A stretch of DNA of 64,000 bases from Escherichia phage FL12. The position numbers were made by a program, and so were the translations under genes. Of this stretch, positions 17,726 to 28,593 are shown piece after piece (positions within the stretch are counted from its first letter, which is position 1; each line of letters begins with the position of its first letter). The DNA lies in sequence record PP400786; one strand, written 5' to 3'. The notes under the pieces were generated by a model. The model did no database searches. It was given only the letters and a program-made list of their open reading frames with translations, and was not told where the DNA came from.

Positions 17726-18893
17726 TAAATTCTTCCATATCACTTAACTGTTCGAGGTCAGTTTCTAAATTAGCAGCTGATTTACTTTTACTTTCTGGAG
17801 ATTTAAATTTTTCAACCTTTGAGTTAATCAATTCATCAACTTCAGCTTCAACAATTTCATTACTATCAATAGCACCTAACTGATAAGCACGTTTAATAGC
17901 ATCTCGGAATGGTTGATGCTTAAATAAAGGACCCCAGAATGTAGTGCAGTTGGTATCTTTTGCACGCCAAGATTTTTCTTCGCGAATCATCTCGCCGGTT
18001 TCTTCATCAAGAAATTCACGAGCATACCAGCCATTTTTAGGTTTTACCACGAATCCTAATTCTAGAGCCATATCTAACAATCCAGAATAAGGATCGATAC
18101 CACCGTCAAATTTAACATCAATAAAGAATTTACTTTTTTCTTTAACGGTACGAGATTTTTCTACATTTAGAACAAATTGATACCCTTGAAGATCAGAACC
18201 ATCTTTAATCTGGCGTTTACCGATAATGAATACGGTATCAGCCGAATACATCGGTCCAGTACCACCTCCCATAACTGTTTTACTAAACATTTCTTGTGTT
18301 TCGTATGTATGGTTAATAGCAATACATGGAATATTTTTAGTACTAAAATAGGGAGTTACGATACGAAATAAGCTTTTCATTGTTTTAGCTCTAGTCATAT
18401 CACTAACAACTTTTTCATTTAAAGCATCTTCAGTTTCTTTCTTAGAAGCTAAGTTACCAAGTGAATCGATAAAAACGACTACCTTTTCGCCACGTTCAAT
18501 TGCATCCAATTGATTAACCATGTCAATACGTAATTGCTCAAGTGATTGAACCGGAGTATGAATTACTCGTTCTGGATCGACTCCCATAGACCGCAAATAA
18601 GCAGGAGTAATACCAAATTCACTATCATAAAACAAACATACTGCATCAGGATATTGACGCATGTAAGATGACACCATTGTTAATCCAAAGTTTGATTTAA
18701 ATGATTTTGATGGACCTGCCAAAATTAACAGACCAGATTGCATACCACCAGTAATTTCACCAGAAAGTGCAATATTCATCATAGGAATTTTTGTTCGAAC
18801 TACATCTTTTTCATTAAAGAATTTAGATGCTGTTAATTCTGCAGTCAATTTAGAAGTAGAAGCTTTAATCAAACGAGATTTTAAATCAGACAT
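17718..18893 (-). CDS. uvsX: UvsX recombinase (RecA-like)
   Basis: 391 aa as T4 UvsX; Walker A GPSKSFKS. Confidence 0.9.
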   Translation of the reverse strand: MSDLKSRLIKASTSKLTAELTASKFFNEKDVVRTKIPMMNIALSGEITGGMQSGLLILAGPSKSFKSNFGLTMVSSYMRQYPDAVCLFYDSEFGITPAYLRSMGVDPERVIHTPVQSLEQLRIDMVNQLDAIERGEKVVVFIDSLGNLASKKETEDALNEKVVSDMTRAKTMKSLFRIVTPYFSTKNIPCIAINHTYETQEMFSKTVMGGGTGPMYSADTVFIIGKRQIKDGSDLQGYQFVLNVEKSRTVKEKSKFFIDVKFDGGIDPYSGLLDMALELGFVVKPKNGWYAREFLDEETGEMIREEKSWRAKDTNCTTFWGPLFKHQPFRDAIKRAYQLGAIDSNEIVEAEVDELINSKVEKFKSPESKSKSAANLETDLEQLSDMEEFNE

Positions 18894-18901
18894 ATAATAC
18901 C

Positions 18902-19567
18902 TTATAGTAGTGTTCTTGTTCCACGAAATACTTCGAGCATTCTTGCATAAGATTTATTTGGAAATCCAGCTTCAATTGCTAATTTTTTAAGCTTAATAGC
19001 ACCGGGTTTTCCAGAGTTTTCCCATATTTCTTTAATCTTTTCAATGTTATCCCACATTATTGGGTCACGTTTATGTGATGGTTTATTTCTATTATAACCA
19101 TATGGATTATTAAGCAAAGCTTCTTTTCGTTTTGCTTTAGTTTCTTCTGACTGCTTTTTGCCTAGCTGGGCTTTCCGGCAAACATCACTAAATCCAAGAT
19201 GTTTTGGTTTTCCTTTTTGAGCTTTTGAAATTTTTTCTTTGGTTTCTGATGAAACTCTATAACCAATTCTTCTACCACCCTCTCCACCAATTTTTAAATT
19301 ATAAGTCATAGGATCATTTACCACATCTATTGTTACTAATTCTCTTTCAGCATCACGGGCTGATTTAAAATCTTTATAAAACCCAAGAATGCTTAAATTA
19401 AAATTTTTCTTACCATACTTTTTCTTGGCTTGTGCTAATAAAGTTCCTGATCCCATATAACCATCATTTAAATCATCGGTTGAATGAGTTCCATAGTAAA
19501 TTTTATTATTAACTAAATTAGTTATAACATAAGTATAATTATATTTCTTTTCTTTATGTCTTTTCAT
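18902..19567 (-). CDS. segA: GIY-YIG homing endonuclease SegA-like
   Basis: start moved to ATG 19565-19567 giving 221 aa; KYNYTYVITNLVNNKIYYGTHS GIY-YIG motif; between uvsX and beta-gt. Confidence 0.7.
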   Translation of the reverse strand: MKRHKEKKYNYTYVITNLVNNKIYYGTHSTDDLNDGYMGSGTLLAQAKKKYGKKNFNLSILGFYKDFKSARDAERELVTIDVVNDPMTYNLKIGGEGGRRIGYRVSSETKEKISKAQKGKPKHLGFSDVCRKAQLGKKQSEETKAKRKEALLNNPYGYNRNKPSHKRDPIMWDNIEKIKEIWENSGKPGAIKLKKLAIEAGFPNKSYARMLEVFRGTRTLL

Positions 19568-19731
19568 GTCATTAATCAACTGCTATTCGATGAACTTCTC
19601 TCTTTTCTAATCAATATAACAAAAGAAGTCCCAAAAAGCAAACAGACCTAAACCGATAATAAGCAATAAAGGTCCTAACATTTATTCCACCGGTTAAAGA
19701 TAAATAACTTTCTAATAATAGTTCATAATTT

Positions 19732-20787
19732 TTATAAATCAATAGCTTTTTTGAACGCATCTTGCCATTCGGCTTTCTTTGCACGGGTTTTATTTAAAAT
19801 ATCATGTTGAATAGAAAGCATCTCTTTACGTAAAACATCACTGTGTTTTAACTCATTGACTCTATCAATGAGTTCAGCACGATTATTTACATAAAAACGA
19901 GCATCATTAATAATTCGATGTTTGGTATCAAATTCTTCGTCAATTAGCATCACTGCATCAGATGCCATTGTTTCCCAGACGCGTAAGGTAATAAAGTTGT
20001 CATTATAATTCTTGTCACCAATAATTAATGCAGCAATAGCTTGACTATTCTTTTCAGATACCATGTTCATAGGAATTTTTCCAGTAAACGCCGGAGCTTT
20101 GGTCCAAGGATATTTAGGATTTTTAAACTGTTTTTCTCGTGCATTGCCAAAAAACTCAATATTTAAACCGGTGTCAAATAAGAATTCTACCATCTTGGAT
20201 TCGCGTTGACCGGACCGAAATGAACCGCCATAAATAACATCCAAAGTTTTCTTGGTAGGCTTAGATAATTGAAAATCGTTCATATGAATTTTATATTGTT
20301 CAATAGGAAAATATTCAAATTCAATAACATTATCAACTTTCTTATGCGCAGCCTTAGCAATGTCTAAATTTATACCTTGGGAAATCACTTTAATTGGTGA
20401 TTTAATTAATAGCTCTTCTTCAGTGTACAAATATGCCCATGGTCTATTTTTAACATTTGGCCAAGACTGCGAAAACGGCAAACGTATATCTGTAAATAAA
20501 TAATAAATTTTACTTTTGTATTTTGCCATAAATTTTTGCGCAGATAAAATTGCTAAATTAAGTTTACCGCCAAAAAAGTTAATAGAAGAATTAACAACTA
20601 TCAAACGGTCATAATCATTAACATCTACTTCATCAAAAGATTTAGTGTAAACACCATTTTTAAGAGAAATAATGTCGACATTAAGACCCATTTCAGAAAT
20701 AACTTTAAAAAGATAAATAGTTTCAGAAGATGGAACAGTTTTAAAATTAATAACATTATTACCCATATTAATTATAGCAATTTTCAT
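19732..20787 (-). CDS. bgt: DNA beta-glucosyltransferase
   Basis: 351 aa; MKIAIINMGNNVINFKTVPSSETIYLFKVISEMGLNVDIISL matches remembered T4 BGT. Confidence 0.85.
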   Translation of the reverse strand: MKIAIINMGNNVINFKTVPSSETIYLFKVISEMGLNVDIISLKNGVYTKSFDEVDVNDYDRLIVVNSSINFFGGKLNLAILSAQKFMAKYKSKIYYLFTDIRLPFSQSWPNVKNRPWAYLYTEEELLIKSPIKVISQGINLDIAKAAHKKVDNVIEFEYFPIEQYKIHMNDFQLSKPTKKTLDVIYGGSFRSGQRESKMVEFLFDTGLNIEFFGNAREKQFKNPKYPWTKAPAFTGKIPMNMVSEKNSQAIAALIIGDKNYNDNFITLRVWETMASDAVMLIDEEFDTKHRIINDARFYVNNRAELIDRVNELKHSDVLRKEMLSIQHDILNKTRAKKAEWQDAFKKAIDL

Positions 20788-20810
20788 ATTATTCCTTTTA
20801 TGTTAAACGA

Positions 20811-21551
20811 TTAAGCGTATTTTCCTACATAATCTTTTTTCGAAATATGTGTTTCGCCAGTTTTCCACCAATGATCAACCAAATAAAAATGACGAGAATA
20901 CACATGTAGGCTTCCAACATTCCATATAATGGAACCTGCTTTATACTGGCGAGTTGAATCACCTGCATTCAAATCAGATACTAATTTATCTAATACGTAT
21001 TTTTGCCATGCATAATCATTACGGAATCCGAAGACCACGTCATTTGAGCGCATGCTTACTACTGCATTGACTTTCTTGTCACGAATCAGGTATTGTACTG
21101 TATTCGTGCACATGAAATCTGACATACCATCTTTATTATAGTCAAACTGCATAGATGGACGAGTATAAATCATGATACCACGTCGAGAATCAGGATTTTG
21201 ACCAAGTTCAGCTAAACACATGTCATATTGAGCATAGTTATCTTCTGACCAGATAGCCCAACCATAATTCGAGTTAATTTCACCTTTAGAAGATGCTACT
21301 TGTTGCCAAATCTTCGGTGTTTCACCTGGAATATCTTTAACAAACAAACTCTTAGATTTATACCATTCAAGTTCACGCTGAATGTATTCATCATTAAGAG
21401 CGCCAAAAATAAAAGGTTCATCTGCTACAAATGATGCGCCAATAATTTCAATAGTTTTAACACCAGTTTTATCAACTACGAAATCTTTTTCTTTTAATGC
21501 AAGCCCCAAATGAAGACGGATTTCTTCAACTGTCATAGAGTCACTAATCAT
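20811..21551 (-). CDS. 42: dCMP hydroxymethylase
   Basis: 246 aa as T4 gp42; thymidylate-synthase-like; between beta-gt and imm. Confidence 0.8.
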   Translation of the reverse strand: MISDSMTVEEIRLHLGLALKEKDFVVDKTGVKTIEIIGASFVADEPFIFGALNDEYIQRELEWYKSKSLFVKDIPGETPKIWQQVASSKGEINSNYGWAIWSEDNYAQYDMCLAELGQNPDSRRGIMIYTRPSMQFDYNKDGMSDFMCTNTVQYLIRDKKVNAVVSMRSNDVVFGFRNDYAWQKYVLDKLVSDLNAGDSTRQYKAGSIIWNVGSLHVYSRHFYLVDHWWKTGETHISKKDYVGKYA

Positions 21552-21558
21552 TTAAACC

Positions 21559-21708
21559 TCAATTGATACATTCATATTTAACTTGTAACAGTAATAAACC
21601 CCAACCTAAAATAATAGTTGGAATCATAAGAGGAACCGTTACACTATAGTATATACTTATTATAACCATCAAGATTAAAAGCAATGCTGCTATAATTTTG
21701 CTTTTCAT
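21559..21708 (-). CDS. small hydrophobic membrane peptide
   Basis: Own translation 49 aa MKSKIIAALLLILMVIISIYYSVTVPLMIPTIILGWGLLLLQVKYECIN; ATGA overlap with imm stop. Confidence 0.35.
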   Translation of the reverse strand: MKSKIIAALLLILMVIISIYYSVTVPLMIPTIILGWGLLLLQVKYECIN

Positions 21709-21956
21709 TCCTTCTCTCTGATGATAATTACCTGATTTGGCTGTGCAGACTTTTTAGTTTCACCTGCAATTGACCAAATAAATGTAATAAACCAACCAAT
21801 AATTGACCAGTTAAACAGTAAAGATGTGAAAAAGATTCCTACTGTCGATTTTGACCCACGCATCAAGGCGATAAACCATGGAAGCATGTATATAATAATA
21901 GCCAACACACCTGAAACTAAAACCATAAAAATTGAACCTGCTACTAAAGTTTCCAT
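21705..21956 (-). CDS. imm: immunity to superinfection membrane protein
   Basis: 83 aa polytopic membrane protein as T4 Imm. Confidence 0.75.
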   Translation of the reverse strand: METLVAGSIFMVLVSGVLAIIIYMLPWFIALMRGSKSTVGIFFTSLLFNWSIIGWFITFIWSIAGETKKSAQPNQVIIIREKE

Positions 21957-21963
21957 CTTTTCC

Positions 21964-22344
21964 TCACTTAGTCAAATTTTTTACACATGAATTATAAGAA
22001 TTCACTACATACTCCATCGGAGCAGTTTTACCTGTGCGCCATTGGTAATTATTAGCCCAATTTGCCCAAAGTTCAGCGCAGTAGTTTTCAATTTTTTCTT
22101 CGCGTGTAATTACATCAGAATTACGATATGCTTGAGCAGATTCATCTGGACGAATAGCTTCGTCAAAATTCGCCTGCATTTGTTCTACTGTCTGTTTTGG
22201 AGCTTCTTTATAACACTTGACATTAGGATTATAAAATTTGCTTGAACAGTTTACAATTTTTCCTACATCAGACTGATTTACTACCGGTCCTTGAGCTACA
22301 CAACCAGCAAGACCTAATGCAATAACCAAAATAGCGATTTTCAT
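21964..22344 (-). CDS. lipoprotein (imm.1 position)
   Basis: start moved to ATG 22342-22344 (MKIAILVIALGLAGC lipobox; RBS GGAG), 126 aa. Confidence 0.5.
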   Translation of the reverse strand: MKIAILVIALGLAGCVAQGPVVNQSDVGKIVNCSSKFYNPNVKCYKEAPKQTVEQMQANFDEAIRPDESAQAYRNSDVITREEKIENYCAELWANWANNYQWRTGKTAPMEYVVNSYNSCVKNLTK

Positions 22345-22410
22345 TTCATTCTCCAAATCCGTATCAGTTGATAGTTGTATAGTACTATAGAAGAGCAGGG
22401 ATGTAAACAG
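22340..22410 (-). repeat. conserved early promoter/5'UTR leader cassette (GTTTAC...GGTACTATACAACTATCAACTGATACGGATTTGGAGAATGAAATG)
   Basis: ~45 nt identical to 47551-47598; similar to 62021-62090 and 2300-2370. Confidence 0.55.
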
Positions 22411-22490
22411 TTATGTGAAAAAATTTTTAGGGAATCCAAAGGGTCCAGAATCATCTCTTTTTCATAAGTATAGATTTATATTACTTGTAT

Positions 22491-22512
22491 GAAAAAGGGA
22501 CCTGGAGGTCCC
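22491..22512 (-). terminator. rho-independent terminator after gene 43
   Basis: gggacctggaggtccc hairpin followed by TTTTT on the minus strand. Confidence 0.55.
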
Positions 22513-22525
22513 TAGATTTATTCTA

Positions 22526-25222
22526 TCAGCCAAACAGGAAGTCTAACGAAGCTTTTTCTTCATAGTCCATGCCAGCCGATTCACACATACCCGCAAGCGG
22601 TTTAACAAACGATTTTTGGAACAAAGTTGAGTAGTCAATCCAAGACAATACATCAGAACGAATTTCTTTTGGAAGTTCTGTACCCGACGGCCAAGCAATG
22701 CACTTATCACCAAATGGATTTCCTTCACGCAATGGAAGAACCATTACCTTATTTCCATCCAAAATTGGAGCTACACCTAGACCACTAACAGCTCGACGAT
22801 AAGTTAGCACCCCACGAATGTGGAACGGGCATTTAAATCCTGGCCAACCTTTATCATCATATTTCGCTATATCGTTCGCAGTTTTTACTTCAGCAATAAC
22901 TTTATAGTCAAGTTGACGATATTCTTTCTCGAAGTTCTTGTAATATTCTTGGACAGACTCTTCACCTTCCTGAAGAATACGACGAATACTTTCTTCGAGA
23001 GCTTCTTGTACTGCTTTTGGTGTTGAACTCTGTTGAGTTTCCATACCCATGATTTTTAGATGCGGTTCAGCAAATCGCTTATCTTCCATATCATAAACGT
23101 TCAGAGCATAACGCTTTTTCGCTTTCCAAAATCCACCAACGCCCTTTGAACCAAGCGGAGGGCAAGAAATAGCTTCACGGTCCATATGCATCAGATGCTC
23201 GCGGTTATTCATATAATCACATAACTCGCGATATGCAACATCAATCATAGGTTCCATCTTTTTCTTACCGAACTGATTCATGAATTCAACTAAATCGTTC
23301 TGCTCTTTGAATCGGTCAAGACCAGCTTTTTCAATAACTTTATCTACACAAACATATACCGAATCAGTATCACCTGCTGCGATGAAATCTTCATCATTAG
23401 TTCCGCATACTTTATTCAGATATTCATTAATTTTGCGAGCAATCCACTGAATACCAACTTGACCGAAAATTGTGATAGCAGTAGCATTTCGCAAATCATA
23501 GTAGCGGAAATGAATATTACCAAGAGCACCATAAAGACTGTTAATAAGAATTTTACGGTTCAGCTGATTTGTGTTAGCAAGTGTAGCAGCTTTTTCACAT
23601 TCTTCAATCAGACTATTAAGAACAGATTCGGTGTAATTCGATAATTCGTTTAAGAAATCATCACTGAACTTAACATATCGTTCAACTTCCGGTTTAGTTG
23701 AACAAGACCCTGCACCTTTCATAATAATTTTTTTAATAGCTTCGGCATTCATTTCTTCCGCGAACATTTTCTTTTTCCAGTCTTTACGCTGGAAAAATAC
23801 TTTAGCGATTTCCTTTGGAATGATACCTTCTTGATGCTTATCATACATCCATCCATTCGGAGAACAAGAATATTCATCACTCGGTTTAGGAGCTGTTCCT
23901 GCAATATATTCATGAATTGGATGAACTTTAAACTGCCCACGAATAGTCTCAGGACTAATGTTAACCTGACGAATAATGCTAGGATACAGAGACGTCAAGT
24001 CAAAACTCATAATATATCGACGAGCAATTGGTTTAGGTTCAAACACAAATGCACCCGGAAAACTTTGTTTAACGTGCGAACCCTGTTGAGGAATAACCTT
24101 ATGTTCACCTTTCAATGAGTTAAAAATAATAGCATCCCAAGTTTTAATAGGACTCATTACACCAGAAAAAGGCATTTTAGCATAATAAGACATACTTAAA
24201 ACTAGATCGATAAACCCGCGAATTTTATCAATTGCTTGAACTGATTCTACGTCAATGATGTTATAACTAATGTATCGTTGATGATTAGTCTCACGAAGTT
24301 TATTAATAGGACCGTCGTATGGTAATTTACCTTTTTTGGTTTCATGTTGAGCAACTGATTCCAAAGAGAATGACGGCAAATTAGTAAATGCGAATTTCTT
24401 GTACAAATCTAAATAATCAAGAATAGATACACCATCAATAGAATAAATTTCTTTGCTACCGTACACATTTTGAATTAGTTTAGATTTTACCCGACCGATT
24501 GGAGAGAAACGTTTCATACTGCGTTCACCGAGAACCATTTTAACGCGATTCATGATATATGGAACGTCAAACCCCTCAATATTCCAACCAGTAAAAATAG
24601 CAGGTCGTTTCTGTTCCCAGAGATTGATATATTCCATGAGCATATCACGCTCATTATCGAATGGCATATAAATTACTCGGTCAAGAATTTCTTGAGGAAC
24701 TTCATCACCACCTTCACAGTCAAGCTTAGCAGCTAACTTTGCATCCCATTTTGATACTGAACCGTACATTGAATTCAAAAGGTCGAAAACATAAAAACGA
24801 TCATCAATTGAATCGTAATGAGTGATAGCATCAATTTCATATTCAGCTTTCATTGGGTCAGGAAATTTATCACCAGTAACCTCAATGTCACAGTTAGCTA
24901 CACGAACAAATTTTCGGTCATAAACAATTTCTGAACCGTATGTATCACTGATATAAGCGAGTTTAAAATCGTTCATACCGAGAGCTTCGAGACCGATGTC
25001 TTCCATTCGCTTCATCCAATCTCGAGCATCTTTCATTGATGGAAATTTTTGAGGAGAGCAGTTTTTACCATAGATGTCTTTGTATTTTGACTCTTCCTTA
25101 CAATGTCTAAACATAGTTGGAAGATATTCTACTTCACGAGTACGTTCCTTTCCGTTTTCATCAATATAACGTTCAACAATGTTATTTCCGACTGTTTCAA
25201 TAGAGATATAAAATTCTTTCAT
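22526..25222 (-). CDS. 43: DNA polymerase (family B)
   Basis: 898 aa as T4 gp43; MKEFYISIETVGNNIVERYIDENGKERTREVEY...; polymerase motif AAGDTDSVY. Confidence 0.95.
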   Translation of the reverse strand: MKEFYISIETVGNNIVERYIDENGKERTREVEYLPTMFRHCKEESKYKDIYGKNCSPQKFPSMKDARDWMKRMEDIGLEALGMNDFKLAYISDTYGSEIVYDRKFVRVANCDIEVTGDKFPDPMKAEYEIDAITHYDSIDDRFYVFDLLNSMYGSVSKWDAKLAAKLDCEGGDEVPQEILDRVIYMPFDNERDMLMEYINLWEQKRPAIFTGWNIEGFDVPYIMNRVKMVLGERSMKRFSPIGRVKSKLIQNVYGSKEIYSIDGVSILDYLDLYKKFAFTNLPSFSLESVAQHETKKGKLPYDGPINKLRETNHQRYISYNIIDVESVQAIDKIRGFIDLVLSMSYYAKMPFSGVMSPIKTWDAIIFNSLKGEHKVIPQQGSHVKQSFPGAFVFEPKPIARRYIMSFDLTSLYPSIIRQVNISPETIRGQFKVHPIHEYIAGTAPKPSDEYSCSPNGWMYDKHQEGIIPKEIAKVFFQRKDWKKKMFAEEMNAEAIKKIIMKGAGSCSTKPEVERYVKFSDDFLNELSNYTESVLNSLIEECEKAATLANTNQLNRKILINSLYGALGNIHFRYYDLRNATAITIFGQVGIQWIARKINEYLNKVCGTNDEDFIAAGDTDSVYVCVDKVIEKAGLDRFKEQNDLVEFMNQFGKKKMEPMIDVAYRELCDYMNNREHLMHMDREAISCPPLGSKGVGGFWKAKKRYALNVYDMEDKRFAEPHLKIMGMETQQSSTPKAVQEALEESIRRILQEGEESVQEYYKNFEKEYRQLDYKVIAEVKTANDIAKYDDKGWPGFKCPFHIRGVLTYRRAVSGLGVAPILDGNKVMVLPLREGNPFGDKCIAWPSGTELPKEIRSDVLSWIDYSTLFQKSFVKPLAGMCESAGMDYEEKASLDFLFG

Positions 25223-25240
25223 AGATATTCCTTAGTTTAT

Positions 25241-25258
25241 AGCCCGAGTTATTAGGCT
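25241..25258 (-). promoter_or_regulatory. gene 43 translational operator hairpin (gp43 autoregulation site)
   Basis: minus strand AGCCUAAUAACUCGGGCU (5-bp stem, 8-nt loop) just upstream of the RBS, as remembered for T4. Confidence 0.55.
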
Positions 25259-25280
25259 CTTGATATATTATACTCCAAAT

Positions 25281-25298
25281 AAGGGGCCGAAGCCCCTT
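25281..25298 (-). other. stable GC hairpin (aaggggccgaagcccctt) after regA
   Basis: perfect stem with CGAAG loop; no T-run. Confidence 0.4.
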
Positions 25299-25300
25299 GC

Positions 25301-25669
25301 TTAATTACCAATCGTATATTTAGGAACGAGTTTCCATTCATGTTTTTGTTTAAAAGAAATAACTCGGAAGTTATTAGTTAAATCTTTCATAAAAGTTCTT
25401 TGACCAGGGACGATTTCAATCAGTCCCCAATCTTCTAACAACCATGCAATCGAATCACGACGAACTTCATCTTCTTCTGTCATTTCAACTTGGCGACCAT
25501 CCATACGAAGCATTTCTTTAAAATGAACGATATAGTATAGTCCTTTTTTCTGAAGAATATGACAGGACTGATACAGAACTTTATCTTTATTATTAGCAAT
25601 TCCCATACGAGTCAAAGTTTCTTTTACTTTCAGAAAATCTTCAGGTTTTTTAAGAGTAATTTCAATCAT
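25301..25669 (-). CDS. regA: translational repressor RegA
   Basis: 122 aa as T4 RegA; between 62 and 43. Confidence 0.8.
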   Translation of the reverse strand: MIEITLKKPEDFLKVKETLTRMGIANNKDKVLYQSCHILQKKGLYYIVHFKEMLRMDGRQVEMTEEDEVRRDSIAWLLEDWGLIEIVPGQRTFMKDLTNNFRVISFKQKHEWKLVPKYTIGN

Positions 25670-25670
25670 T

Positions 25671-26234
25671 TTACCATTCCAATGCTAGTTTTTTGAGTTG
25701 TTTCTGTTCTTTTACGTTCTTAGTCACTTCTTTCAAAAAATCATCCGTGACTAATCCTTTTAGTTCTTTTAATACTAAAGGTAGTTTTCCATTTTTAGTA
25801 AGAATTGATTTATAGTTAATTGCATCATTTGTATTAACTTGATACCGCTTAGCAAGTAACTTAATAATCAATACTTCGGTGGAATCTTCAACTAGTTTTG
25901 CCCATTTACCATATCTTTTACCACGAGGAACTGCAGCCATTAGATAATTAAAATGAGCTTCATCACTTAAGCCTGATCCAATTAAATTCATAGCATATAC
26001 AGCTGGCATGCACTCCGGAAATTGCGATAATGCATTTTCAACCATGAATTTTGAATAATCTTTTTGAGCAATAGAGCATTTAGTTTTATTATTAATAGCT
26101 CCAATTATTTCAAAAAACTCATTTTCAGCTTTTTCTTTAAAAGAATCAGCAGCGGATTGGACAGCTGTCCAATCTTTAGAATACCAAGCAACTTGATGCT
26201 CGTTTAATTGAATATCATCTTCAAATAAGCTCAT
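25671..26234 (-). CDS. 62: clamp loader small subunit
   Basis: 187 aa as T4 gp62; adjacent to 44. Confidence 0.8.
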   Translation of the reverse strand: MSLFEDDIQLNEHQVAWYSKDWTAVQSAADSFKEKAENEFFEIIGAINNKTKCSIAQKDYSKFMVENALSQFPECMPAVYAMNLIGSGLSDEAHFNYLMAAVPRGKRYGKWAKLVEDSTEVLIIKLLAKRYQVNTNDAINYKSILTKNGKLPLVLKELKGLVTDDFLKEVTKNVKEQKQLKKLALEW

Positions 26235-26235
26235 A

Positions 26236-27195
26236 TCACTTCCACTGCATTTCGCATGCTAATTGAATGAAAAGATAAGCTAGATGCAATTCAGTATTAG
26301 CTGCAATACCATGATACTGATTATTTTCGCCGACAATTTCGTACATACGAATAATACTTTGTGGAGTTACACGTGAATAGATTTCTTCGGCAAGTTTACC
26401 TACGAACCACGAATAATCAGCTGCATATTTTGGTGCTAAAGCTCTGAGTTGTTTAACATCTTTATTTTTGAGAGATTCAAGAACATCATCAATAGCACCA
26501 CGATCGTTAGTAACCAGTGATAAAATACCAGCATCCAAAACACCTTTAGATGAATAACTATCGAGCTCGCCAATAGTTTTACGAAAATCAGGAAAATTCT
26601 TTTTAACCAAAGCTGCTACAACTTTCATATCAGCTATAGCAATTCCTTCGTGCTTACAGATTTCAGTCAATCGACGAATCATCTGCTTCATCATTTCAAT
26701 TTTATCTTCATCAGTCGGTTGACCGAATGTAATAACTCGGCAGCGTGACTGAAGTGGTTTAATAATACCATCAATGTTGTTAGCAGTAATAATAATACTA
26801 CAGTTTGAACTATAAGCTTCCATAAAGGAACGAAGATGTCGCTGAGACTCTGCTAACCCTGAACGGTCAAATTCATCAATAACGATTACTTTTTGACGAC
26901 CATCAAATGAAGCTGCACTGGCAAAATTAGTCAAAGGACCACGAACGAAATCAATTTTACAGTCTGATCCATTTACAAACATCATATCAGCATTTACATC
27001 ATGACACAATGCTTTTGCTACAGTTGTTTTACCTGTTCCTGGAGAAGGAGAATGAAGAATAATATGTGGAATCTTACCTTTACTTGTAATAGATTTAAAG
27101 GTTTCTTTATCAAAGGCGGGAAGAATACATTCATCGATAGTAGATGGACGATATTTCTGTTCAAGAATGTGTTCTTTTTCATTTACAGTAATCAT
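26236..27195 (-). CDS. 44: clamp loader ATPase subunit (AAA+)
   Basis: start moved to ATG 27193-27195 ([19 protein letters not shown]) giving 319 aa; Walker A GTGKTT. Confidence 0.9.
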
Positions 27196-27229
27196 AATTT
27201 CCTCATTCAAGTTTTAGTGTAAATTATAA

Positions 27230-27243
27230 AGGGCCGAAGCCCT
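27230..27243 (-). other. GC hairpin (agggccgaagccct) in the 45-44 intergenic region
   Basis: CGAAG-loop hairpin. Confidence 0.35.
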
Positions 27244-27246
27244 CTA

Positions 27247-27933
27247 TTAAAAATCGTGGGTAGAATCAGCTTCAAGAGCTACTACATAATTCGAGTGTTC
27301 ACCTTCAAATTTAGCAGCGCCTTGTTTACCTTTTGCCCAGAGCAGAAGTTTATAATTTCCTGGTTGCATTTTCATATTTGCCATATTGATAATGAAATTA
27401 AATGTATTTTCACCATCATAATCACCAAGAGTCAAAGAATATTTAACACGGGTCAAAGCAGAATCTTCTACTTTATTAAAACCGTTAATTACGATTTTAC
27501 CTTCTTTTACTGTGATAGCAATTGTATCAATTTGCAGACCACGAGATACACGCAACAGTTGTTGAAGGTCTTCAGCTTTAATTTCAGTAACAACAGATGC
27601 TACCGGGAATGGAATTGGTTTATTAGGAGCAACTACTGTACTCGGATCGGCTGCTGGCCAAAAAATTGTTGAGCGGGCATCAGCAATTTTAATATTTCCA
27701 TCTTCTGACTGGGAAATTTCTGCATCATCATTAACTAGAGACAGAATACCGAGAAAACCGTTCAAATCGTAAATTGCTACATCAAAATCAATAACGTCAG
27801 AAATATTTGCTTCCGCATAAGTTGTACCATTAACTGCACGAGTCATAATAAATTGACCTGATTTAAGCATAATACCGGAGTTAATAGTAGCGAAATTTTT
27901 CAAAATATTCAGTGTATCTTTAGACAGTTTCAT
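27247..27933 (-). CDS. 45: sliding clamp
   Basis: 228 aa as T4 gp45. Confidence 0.85.
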   Translation of the reverse strand: MKLSKDTLNILKNFATINSGIMLKSGQFIMTRAVNGTTYAEANISDVIDFDVAIYDLNGFLGILSLVNDDAEISQSEDGNIKIADARSTIFWPAADPSTVVAPNKPIPFPVASVVTEIKAEDLQQLLRVSRGLQIDTIAITVKEGKIVINGFNKVEDSALTRVKYSLTLGDYDGENTFNFIINMANMKMQPGNYKLLLWAKGKQGAAKFEGEHSNYVVALEADSTHDF

Positions 27934-27988
27934 GTAATTTCCTTCAATTCAAATGAGATTTAATTTTATAACTAATTTAATAAAGCAA

Positions 27989-28378
27989 TTAACGATTAAA
28001 ATCAGCCGCAATTGTTTCCGCAACAATTTGAGCAGCAACAATTAGACGTTCATCTGCATTACCGCAATATTCATCTTCTAAACGTTCACCGCATGAAGTC
28101 ATAATAAATTTAGCACCAGCGTTTAGGGATTCTGTAGTATGTTTGCGCATTAGTTCAATCCATTTATTACTTACTTCACGATCGATAGCTTCATAATACG
28201 CATGACGAGCAGGTGCAGATTTAATTTTATTCTGAATAACTTCCATTGCGTTATCAGAAAGAGACAAAACCCATGCTCGACGAATTTTATTTTGGTTTTG
28301 TGGATTTGATTCAGAACGCACGTGTTTTGGCTGAATATCTTTTACATCAACAGTATAATTCACAGTAATTTTAGTCAT
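27989..28378 (-). CDS. rpbA: RNA polymerase binding protein RpbA-like
   Basis: 129 aa as T4 RpbA; between 45 and 46. Confidence 0.55.
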   Translation of the reverse strand: MTKITVNYTVDVKDIQPKHVRSESNPQNQNKIRRAWVLSLSDNAMEVIQNKIKSAPARHAYYEAIDREVSNKWIELMRKHTTESLNAGAKFIMTSCGERLEDEYCGNADERLIVAAQIVAETIAADFNR

Positions 28379-28387
28379 AATACACCT

Positions 28388-28576
28388 TTAGTCATAATAA
28401 TCAGTAACAGTCCAAGCTTCATTTCTATTGGACATTATTTTTGTATATTCTGCTTTAAATGCATTCCTAAGCATAGATTCAGTAACTATATGCTCTTCAT
28501 TAGAAAAATTATTTCTCAGAATATATCGTTTTATTTCAGGAATAGTTAATAGATGCTGTCCAGTTGAATATTCCAT
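28388..28576 (-). CDS. small hypothetical protein (45.2 position)
   Basis: ORF track 62 aa. Confidence 0.45.
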   Translation of the reverse strand: MEYSTGQHLLTIPEIKRYILRNNFSNEEHIVTESMLRNAFKAEYTKIMSNRNEAWTVTDYYD

Positions 28577-28593
28577 GTTTTTCCTCCATAGAG

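Noticed and set aside
25267-25272. TATAAT immediately upstream of the gene 43 operator as a gene 43 promoter
   Set aside because: No GTTTAC -35 element or MotA box at the right spacing; upstream is the regA hairpin. Kept only the operator hairpin.
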